Positions 24,652-31,826 of a stretch of 64,000 nt of DNA are shown one piece after another (within the stretch, counting starts at the first letter, position 1; each line of letters begins with the position of its first letter). This DNA is from an uncultured virus (IMG/VR IMGVR_UViG_3300048609_000040) (Duplodnaviria; Heunggongvirae; Uroviricota; Caudoviricetes). The translations under genes and the position numbers were made by a program. Under the pieces are notes generated by a model. It saw nothing but the letters and a program-made list of their open reading frames with translations, searched no databases and was not told where the DNA came from. The stretch lies in IMG/VR virus record IMGVR_UViG_3300048609_000040. One strand, written 5' to 3'.

Positions 24652-24984
24652 TTGAACGACAAATACGTACAGGCAACGCTTGACGCTTCAGCCAACGAAC
24701 TACATGCAATGTGCAAAAAGCTGCCAACAACGTCTCTTATCACAATCCTCGTAGACAACCGCGTTTTAGCATCTGACGGCATTACCTCAGACACCTTACA
24801 ACTAGAGATCGATGAGCTGCCTGAAATACCTGATAGGGGTGATAGTTTTGGGATTGGTACACTTCTCGGACTTCCTAAAGTGGAAGACTTGCGAACAGGT
24901 CAGCGAGAAGTTCAGACAATACAACGACTGAAACCGTTTGTTGTAGCAGAACTCGATCGGCGGTTTCCGATTCCGAAAGACTGA
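24652..24984 (+). CDS. hypothetical protein
   Basis: Operonic ORF. Confidence 0.55.
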   Translation: MNDKYVQATLDASANELHAMCKKLPTTSLITILVDNRVLASDGITSDTLQLEIDELPEIPDRGDSFGIGTLLGLPKVEDLRTGQREVQTIQRLKPFVVAELDRRFPIPKD

Positions 24985-24990
24985 AACAGT

Positions 24991-25275
24991 TTGAGTGCCA
25001 CGACGCATTTTCTTCCCAGAACGCTTCGAGTGCGTATGGAGTGCGTCTCTTTGCCGCTGGGCGGAAAGTACGAACACTATGCCTATCATGAGATACTGAC
25101 CGCCTGCGGAAAGAGACTCACCAGTGGTGGCTATTCTCGAAGAGGTTGGACAGTCACGTCAAACGCTGAAGACGTGACTTGTGGCTGTTGCAAGATAACC
25201 AAAGAGTGGCGATCTGAAATTCGTAGGCTCGTTCGTGTGGGCGTCGTCGACGAGCTTCCGCGTTACATCCCGTAA
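24991..25275 (+). CDS. hypothetical Zn-finger protein
   Basis: TACG...VTCGCC motif. Confidence 0.55.
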   Translation: MSATTHFLPRTLRVRMECVSLPLGGKYEHYAYHEILTACGKRLTSGGYSRRGWTVTSNAEDVTCGCCKITKEWRSEIRRLVRVGVVDELPRYIP

Positions 25276-25285
25276 GGAAAACAGA

Positions 25286-25528
25286 ATGCTGTGTTCTAAG
25301 TGTAAACCACTACAATCACAGTTTTGCTCGCCGATGCATCTAGCTGTTTGGCAGTGGGTCTACATGGTAGATGATCCATCGTCATCGTTGTTCCACACGC
25401 GCCGTTGTCAATGGTGCGGTGGGTTGCTTCACACGTCACATCACGAACCGGATTGCCCTGTTCGCCCCTGCGGGAAGCGTATCCTGAAACAGTTGGTAGA
25501 ATGGTTAGCTGAGACTGGTGAGGTATGA
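25286..25528 (+). CDS. hypothetical Cys/His-rich protein
   Basis: AAGGA RBS; CSKC, CQWC and HEPDC motifs. Confidence 0.55.
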   Translation: MLCSKCKPLQSQFCSPMHLAVWQWVYMVDDPSSSLFHTRRCQWCGGLLHTSHHEPDCPVRPCGKRILKQLVEWLAETGEV

Positions 25529-25605
25529 AGGTGACACAAGCGACAAGAAAAACACAGAAAACGATCAATAAAATCCATCGGATACAACAAAGTGCATGAT
25601 CGTCG

Positions 25606-25634
25606 TTGACAACGTCATACCCCTTTTGTAGACT
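25606..25634 (+). promoter_or_regulatory. sigma70-type promoter of the ncRNA unit
   Basis: TTGACA (25606-25611), 17-nt spacer, TAGACT (25629-25634). Confidence 0.8.
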
Positions 25635-25648
25635 GCTTCTTGCTTCGA

Positions 25649-25780
25649 GCTACCAACAGGGTGACCTAACAAGCAACTATGGGTTCGAGTCCCATCATCT
25701 CAACCAACTGAGACGTAGCCTAATGGATAAGGCACTCAGCTTACACCTGAGCAAAGAATCAAGGTTACTAACTCGGTAGC
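25649..25780 (+). ncRNA. scaffolded, circularly permuted tRNA-Val(TAC)-like RNA
   Basis: Order is T arm, 3' acceptor strand + ACCA, AC linker, 5' acceptor strand, D arm, anticodon arm; enclosed by GCTACC/GGTAGC and GGTGACCT/AGGTTACT. Confidence 0.85.
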
Positions 25781-25790
25781 AGAAGTATTA

Positions 25791-25835
25791 GGTGGGTGAG
25801 GTCGCAGCAAACTGGTTCGACTCCAGAACCCACCA
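25791..25835 (+). ncRNA. tRNA minihelix-like element
   Basis: GGTGGGT/ACCCACC-A plus CTGG-TTCGACT-CCAG, joined by a 14-nt linker; no D or anticodon arm. Confidence 0.65.
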
Positions 25836-25840
25836 CTAAA

Positions 25841-25960
25841 GAGGTCTGCAAGAAGTGCTAACAAGCTAATCGCCCAACGGTAGGGCATCAGTCTACGGAA
25901 CTGACCAATGCGGGTTCAAGTCCTGCTTAGCACTCCAACTCAGCGCTTCAACTCGACCTC
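25841..25960 (+). ncRNA. scaffolded tRNA-Arg(ACG)-like RNA
   Basis: D, anticodon (TCAGT-CT-ACG-GA-ACTGA) and T arms plus TCCA, enclosed by GAGGTC/GACCTC and GAAGTGCT/AGCGCTTC. Confidence 0.85.
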
Positions 25961-25970
25961 TTGTCTCTTC

Positions 25971-26006
25971 GCAAAAGCCGCCGTCACAGGCGGCTTTTTG
26001 CTTTTC
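25971..26006 (+). terminator. intrinsic terminator
   Basis: AAAAGCCGCC-GTCACA-GGCGGCTTTTT-GCTTTT. Confidence 0.9.
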
Positions 26007-26080
26007 TAGAGAAGAAAACGTGGGTCGCAACCGTAAAACGTACGACAAGATTTGATCTACTTACTGATTGGGAGGCGACA

Positions 26081-27484
26081 TTGGCGGGACAACAACACAC
26101 CGCGGCGTCAGTAACGCCGTCAACGACTACCGACACCACATCCACTACTAGCCAGCCTGGCAAGCAAACAAACGTCGCCAAGCGCTACGGCGAGCCTGGA
26201 ACAGCGCAGGCCGCAGCGCAGCCACAACCAGGCGTAGCCGATCAGCTCATGACTGAACGTAGAAAGACGGCGGACTCGTTCGGTCTCTTGTTCGGCAACT
26301 ACGTAGAAGCTGTGCACCACTGGGAGGGGCGAGCACTTATCACCAGCTCACCTAGCCCGGATTGGAAAGATCTGTTGGTTGCGATTGGTAGTGTAGCGTT
26401 TGGGCAAGTACTAGCCAACATATGGAAAGTAGCAGAAAAGCCTCTCAACAGGACACAGGAAATTCTCGACGTAGGAGAAAAGGCGCCTGCTGTATTTTAT
26501 GGACATGGTGAACAGGTTGCTCGCCTGGTTGTAAACACCACCGTTGCAGGTGTTAGCAGTCAAATGTCGTCGCTGGCTAGAACCGCAATCCAGCAAGGGC
26601 TCGCTAGCAGCAACGACAAGGACAAACAAGCGGCGATTCTGTCTTTCTGTTTCTTGCAAGCTGCTGCCATGAACCTGGCTGAGTACCAAGCTAGGAGTAT
26701 CTTCGAGGATCAAGCCCACGCCTTGAATGTTGATGACATGCGGCGGATTCGTGCAGCCAACGAAGCGGCAGCAAATCCGAGCATTGCAAACGCTGTTGTC
26801 GAGCGTGAGATGTTGGTAGCTTGCCTAAAGATGTTCGGTGGTAAAAAAAAGATGTTCGGCGGTGACAGGGATGTCATCGCTGCGGCAGACAAGAACTCTC
26901 TTGGCAACAAGGGAACGCTCGGAATAGAAATTGTTGGTCGCAACAGTAAACCAACAAAAATCAGCCGTGTTCGCGTAGCTGGGATCGGGCCGTTGATACT
27001 AGAGACCCTAAAAGGCAAGAACGTATCATACTTCTACGGGCAAGAAGGACGTGATGGACAGATGTCGGGCCTCAACATCGTGATGGTGACCAGGCAGAAC
27101 GACTACCTGATGAGCCCTGCCGATCACGAAGTACTGTTGCAAGCTGGTGTGTGGGGTAGCGACGCACGTGGGTGGCAGAAGCAGCAACGGGACAACGAAG
27201 ACGCACGAGGTCTTGTATCCGACGCGTGGGCCAAGCACGAACACGAAGAAGCACGGGTGATCCCTGAGAAGGCTGCACATCTAGGCTCAGTCAACTTCGG
27301 GATCGGGCGCCGTGTCGATGGTAGTTTCGAGTTCAGCGACGGCGTCGACGGCTGGCTGCCGATGGACAATACCTGTGCTGGTTACAAAGCAGGACGGTAC
27401 TTCTTGGAGAACGTCATGCCAGTTTCTGACCTTTTCCATGCTGTTGGTGCGCTAACGATCCCAAACATTGAGATAGCGGGTTGA
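26081..27484 (+). CDS. hypothetical protein, possible secreted effector/toxin
   Basis: GGAGG RBS then TTG start downstream of the terminator; T/Q-rich N-terminus with PGKQT. Confidence 0.65.
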   Translation: MAGQQHTAASVTPSTTTDTTSTTSQPGKQTNVAKRYGEPGTAQAAAQPQPGVADQLMTERRKTADSFGLLFGNYVEAVHHWEGRALITSSPSPDWKDLLVAIGSVAFGQVLANIWKVAEKPLNRTQEILDVGEKAPAVFYGHGEQVARLVVNTTVAGVSSQMSSLARTAIQQGLASSNDKDKQAAILSFCFLQAAAMNLAEYQARSIFEDQAHALNVDDMRRIRAANEAAANPSIANAVVEREMLVACLKMFGGKKKMFGGDRDVIAAADKNSLGNKGTLGIEIVGRNSKPTKISRVRVAGIGPLILETLKGKNVSYFYGQEGRDGQMSGLNIVMVTRQNDYLMSPADHEVLLQAGVWGSDARGWQKQQRDNEDARGLVSDAWAKHEHEEARVIPEKAAHLGSVNFGIGRRVDGSFEFSDGVDGWLPMDNTCAGYKAGRYFLENVMPVSDLFHAVGALTIPNIEIAG

Positions 27485-27485
27485 C

Positions 27486-28016
27486 ATGCTGCGTACTGCA
27501 TTTTTGGCGGCTGCGTTGGTGCTGTCTTCGTGCAGCAACAAACCTTCACAGTACAGTGGGGTTGTTTGTCCAAAAGGTGCTTGGATCGAGGTCAACACGA
27601 AACAGTATGCGGGCGCTGTAATTGCGTACTGTACAAACGACAGCTTTCACCGCCATGGCCCATACGCGATTTGGGATCGTGTAGATCAGTATGACGATTT
27701 GTCTGTACTCAAGCTACAACGGCTTGAGGGAAGTGATGAATTGTTTGTCAAGTCTGTAGAAGGTTTCTACAGAGGCGGCTACCGCTGCGGCAGACACACG
27801 ACCTACATAAACGGTCGTGCGAGTGAAATCGAATTCTACGACTATTTTGAGAACCTCACAGACAATAGGTTTTTCTATGATGAGAAGGGAGTGCTTCGAC
27901 AGGTTGGAGCGATCGAAAAGGGTGATGTTGACGAGATTGAGTGGCAACGACTAGCGGCTACCGCCCCAACAATCGGTGTGATAAGTGCTGAAGAACTAGC
28001 GTACTGCGCTGATTAA
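27486..28016 (+). CDS. lipoprotein with MORN/YwqK-like repeats (immunity-like)
   Basis: Lipobox LSSC; HGPY..W, EGFYRGGYRCG and YDEKG repeats. Confidence 0.6.
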   Translation: MLRTAFLAAALVLSSCSNKPSQYSGVVCPKGAWIEVNTKQYAGAVIAYCTNDSFHRHGPYAIWDRVDQYDDLSVLKLQRLEGSDELFVKSVEGFYRGGYRCGRHTTYINGRASEIEFYDYFENLTDNRFFYDEKGVLRQVGAIEKGDVDEIEWQRLAATAPTIGVISAEELAYCAD

Positions 28017-28122
28017 CACTTCATAGTGCATCACAAGAGTGATCGCTATTGCGATCACTTCATTGTAGTTGCGTGCGTCAGCCTTCCTTTGATCGAAACT
28101 GTGATCATGTTAGGCTGGTTGC

Positions 28123-31100
28123 GTGGCAACTATCCTCAAACAGATCATCAGCTTCGTCAATGTGCCAGCTGGTGGGCAGGCAACGCTCCCACATGGACTG
28201 AACTGGCAAGGTCGTCCTGTACGACCAGATGAAACGAAGCCGTCCGATTCAGCTTTTTCCCGCGTTCTAGCCTTGACTGATACGGTCAATTTGACCGTGC
28301 AAAACAACGGCGCGGTGATGGCTAGCTGCGACGTCTTGGTCGAAGCATGGCACACCATCGAGCGCGCCTTCGGTCCAGATACCACCGTAGCACTACCGAT
28401 CCAACCCTTCGAGGCCGGATCAGGCGGTGGTGCTGGAGCCGGAGTTGCTGCATCAGTGCTTGTTTTTCGGCCAGGTGGTGTAGCAGCAGGAAACATCTAC
28501 ACGACGTGGCCGACTTTGATGGCGGCGCTGATTACGCTGGATGGTCCTCGGACGATTGAATTTGATGATTCCATCGTATCGCCGTGTGTGATCCCCGCTG
28601 GTGGTCCGTATGACATGACGGACACACTTTGGCGGGGTCTTGAGGGACGTGTTGTAGGAAGCTACATCCAGATCGCCAACGGTGCCAGCTTCACAGGGCT
28701 TCGACGTTTTCAGCGTAACCTGTTCATCGAAAACACCAATGCTGCTGTCTCTCCGGTCGCGGATCTTGCGAACTTTGACATGGTCGAGATCCTCGACAAC
28801 GTTGATGTCTATTCCGCAGCTGCAACAGTGCCTTTCTTCTCGTGTGCGGGACTCATTGCCGGTCAAGTTGTAGCATTCAAACTTGATCGTGTTGCCACTC
28901 TTGGCTTCTTCAATCCGGGCCAGGTGGTTATCGGAGGCGTGCCCAATAACGCGGCCTTGTATCTAGGCATCGGAGAGTTTTCTACTGTCTACCAAGGCAC
29001 GCTGGCAGGTGCTGCACTTGCTACGAAGGTTCATCAGTTCGTTGCTGAGTCTGCACGTTTCGCGAACCCACAAGCTGCGTGGCTCGGGGCGACGACGTGG
29101 GACACGTATCAGGACCAAGCATTCAGGATGAACCCTGCGCCTGGTGTTGCACCTGCTGTAGCGGGTGTTGCAGCTGGTACAGGACAATTCATTCGACTCG
29201 ATGCCACGGCTGGTTCTATTACGCAGGTTCTGCCTGCAATCGGCGGAACGGTGTTCGCCAGCCCAGGTCGGTGGGTGCTCGTCAAAGAGACGTCGGGCCT
29301 CAACACAGTCGTCATAGACGGCTTCGGTGCTGAGACCATCAACGGCGCAGCCAATTTTACGATTCCTCCTGGTGGGTCAGCGCTACTTGTAAGCGACGGT
29401 GTCAGCAACTGGACGCTGACATACGATCCGCAGGCAAATCTACCAGCAACCGCATTTGTATTCCGTCCTGGTGGTGTGGCCAATCCTTTACAGGGGATCT
29501 TCACAACCTGGCCAAGCCTCTACGCTGCACTGATTCTACGCGATGGCCCCAAGATCATCGAGTTCGACGGCTCGATCGTGAACCCGTGCGTGATCCCGGC
29601 GCCGACGGTTCCTGGGCCATACGACATGACCGACGTCGTGTGGCAGGGCGTCGTTGGCGCAGGCGTCTACGTTGGCATCGACATCTCCGATGGCGTCAGT
29701 TTCACGAAGCTGCGCTGCATCCGCAATTACATCTATGTCCGCAACTACGCGACTGTGAGCCCGTGCATCCTGGCGCGCTGGGACAGCGTGACGCTGGAGA
29801 ATTATGTCGATGTGTCGTCCTACGGGGCGGCGGCGCCCATGTGGACGACGGCTGGAATGCTGAACGGCCATACCTGCTCGTTCCAACTCCACAACTACAG
29901 CACGCTCCAGTGGTACGGTCCGGCCGGTACTCCCGTCATCACCCATCCGGCTGTCGGCGCGCGGATCTACGTCGCCTGCTGGGACCTGGCGTGGTTGACC
30001 TCCTGCATCAGCGGTGTGGTTGGGGCGCTGATCACCCTCAACCGCTACGGGATCGGGTCGCAGATCTATGCCCAGCCGCTGTTTCTGGGAACGCTCTCCT
30101 GGGCGCAGGTCACGTCCCAAGTGTTCTCCTCCAACCCAGCCTATCCGGCTGTGCCGGCCGTGGCAGCGGTGACGGCGCAACACGGCCAGTGGATCCGGCT
30201 CAACGCGACTGGTGGCGTGATCACCCAGCCGCTACGCCGAATTGCGAATGTCGCCGATCCGGTGAGCAGTGGCGCATGGACCTGCGTCGTCGAAACGTCC
30301 GGGCTCAACAGCGTGATCGTCGATCCAGCAGGCGCCGATACGGTCAACGGTGCTCTGCTCTATACGATTCCGCCCGGCCGTTCCGCCATGTTTATCTCCG
30401 ACGGCGTATCGAACTGGACCGTCGTCGTAGATCCGAGCGCTGCTCTCTCGAACGTGTTTGTATTCCGTCCAGGTGGTGTGGCCAATCCGAGCCAGAACAT
30501 CTTCACGACGTGGGCGAGCCTCTACGCTGCACTGATTCTACGCGATGGCCCTAAAGTCATCGAGTTCGATGGTACTTTCGGCGCGTGTCAGATACCGGCT
30601 GGTGGTCCTTATGCAATGCTCAACGTCGAGTGGCGTGGTATGCCCGGTGGTACGGGTGGCGCACGTACGCAGGTAGACATTCTTGATGGGGCCTCTTTTA
30701 CCAATCTACGCACCTTCCGAAACATCGTAGTTGGGCATCAGTGTACTGTCACACCTCCAGTCGCAGATCTCGGCAATGGAGACATCATCGAAGTTGTCGA
30801 TGACAGTGATCTCTATTCTAGCCCTGGAACGGTTGCGTTCTTCCGTTCAACTGGTGCGCCTGGCACCCTCGTCTACTTCCATCTGGAGAATTCAACCATC
30901 GGGTTCTACAACCCGAACATAGTAGTGATCGACGTACCACTAGTGCATGGGCTGTATCTCATCCTTGGTGACAACTCCGTCATCTGGAACGGCGTCCTCC
31001 AGGGTATCGGTACCGCCACGAAGTTCCATCGGTTCAACTCTCCCAGCGCCCAGATCATGGAGCCGCAAGCGGCGTGGCTCGGCAACACGACGTGGGAGAA

Positions 31101-31818
31101 CGTCCAGGACCAAGCACTGCGACTCAACCCTGCTCCTGGTGTCGCTCCCGGCGGTGCCGTTGCTACGCCAGCGCACGGTAGTTTCATTCGCGTTGATTCG
31201 ACCGCTGCCATCATAACGCAGGCACTGCCGCAACTTGCCGGTGCTGCCGTGTTCGACGGTGCGGGACGTTGGTGCGCCATAAAGGATGTGGCAACCAACG
31301 GACTCTACGGTGTCACGGTCGATGCCTTCGGTGCGGAGACGATCAACGGTGCCCTGACATATGCTATTCCACCCGGTGGGGCGGCTTTGTTTGTTGCCGA
31401 TGGTGTGTCCAACTGGACCGCTATCGGCATCGACATGAACCATGTCCTGAACCGATTGAACACGTTTGCGCGGGCACAAGGAACAGCTCAAGTCGCAGTT
31501 GTAGACAACGTTGCCGGCATCGTTATCGATACAACGTTGTCAAACACCTTCCGCATCCCGCTTGGGGCAGTCGCTGGCGACACGCGCCAGTTAGGTATTC
31601 CAACGGGAATGGTTGCGGGATTCACTTACCTGATCGAGATCGTACAGCCTACAGCACCAACTGCTGTACAAGCGTTGACCTATGATGTCGTATGGAAGTT
31701 TCCTGGTGGCGTTCTACCAGTGCTTACCGGTACTAACGACGCTGTAGATATTCTCACTGCTTACTACGATGGTGTGGCAATGCGGTGCGTGTTCCAGGGT
31801 GACCTCCGCAACCCATAA
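28123..31818 (+). CDS. 1231-aa virion/fibre-like protein with three ~330-aa repeated modules
   Basis: FRPGGVA...TTW..L.AALI..DGP..IEFD and I.PG..A....DGVSNWT recur three times; G/A/V-rich beta composition. Confidence 0.75.
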   Translation: MATILKQIISFVNVPAGGQATLPHGLNWQGRPVRPDETKPSDSAFSRVLALTDTVNLTVQNNGAVMASCDVLVEAWHTIERAFGPDTTVALPIQPFEAGSGGGAGAGVAASVLVFRPGGVAAGNIYTTWPTLMAALITLDGPRTIEFDDSIVSPCVIPAGGPYDMTDTLWRGLEGRVVGSYIQIANGASFTGLRRFQRNLFIENTNAAVSPVADLANFDMVEILDNVDVYSAAATVPFFSCAGLIAGQVVAFKLDRVATLGFFNPGQVVIGGVPNNAALYLGIGEFSTVYQGTLAGAALATKVHQFVAESARFANPQAAWLGATTWDTYQDQAFRMNPAPGVAPAVAGVAAGTGQFIRLDATAGSITQVLPAIGGTVFASPGRWVLVKETSGLNTVVIDGFGAETINGAANFTIPPGGSALLVSDGVSNWTLTYDPQANLPATAFVFRPGGVANPLQGIFTTWPSLYAALILRDGPKIIEFDGSIVNPCVIPAPTVPGPYDMTDVVWQGVVGAGVYVGIDISDGVSFTKLRCIRNYIYVRNYATVSPCILARWDSVTLENYVDVSSYGAAAPMWTTAGMLNGHTCSFQLHNYSTLQWYGPAGTPVITHPAVGARIYVACWDLAWLTSCISGVVGALITLNRYGIGSQIYAQPLFLGTLSWAQVTSQVFSSNPAYPAVPAVAAVTAQHGQWIRLNATGGVITQPLRRIANVADPVSSGAWTCVVETSGLNSVIVDPAGADTVNGALLYTIPPGRSAMFISDGVSNWTVVVDPSAALSNVFVFRPGGVANPSQNIFTTWASLYAALILRDGPKVIEFDGTFGACQIPAGGPYAMLNVEWRGMPGGTGGARTQVDILDGASFTNLRTFRNIVVGHQCTVTPPVADLGNGDIIEVVDDSDLYSSPGTVAFFRSTGAPGTLVYFHLENSTIGFYNPNIVVIDVPLVHGLYLILGDNSVIWNGVLQGIGTATKFHRFNSPSAQIMEPQAAWLGNTTWENVQDQALRLNPAPGVAPGGAVATPAHGSFIRVDSTAAIITQALPQLAGAAVFDGAGRWCAIKDVATNGLYGVTVDAFGAETINGALTYAIPPGGAALFVADGVSNWTAIGIDMNHVLNRLNTFARAQGTAQVAVVDNVAGIVIDTTLSNTFRIPLGAVAGDTRQLGIPTGMVAGFTYLIEIVQPTAPTAVQALTYDVVWKFPGGVLPVLTGTNDAVDILTAYYDGVAMRCVFQGDLRNP

Positions 31819-31826
31819 CCTTAATC

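Noticed and set aside
25961..26080. N-terminal 40 codons of ORF 25961..27484
   Set aside because: They overlap the intrinsic terminator; a GGAGG RBS supports a start at TTG 26081
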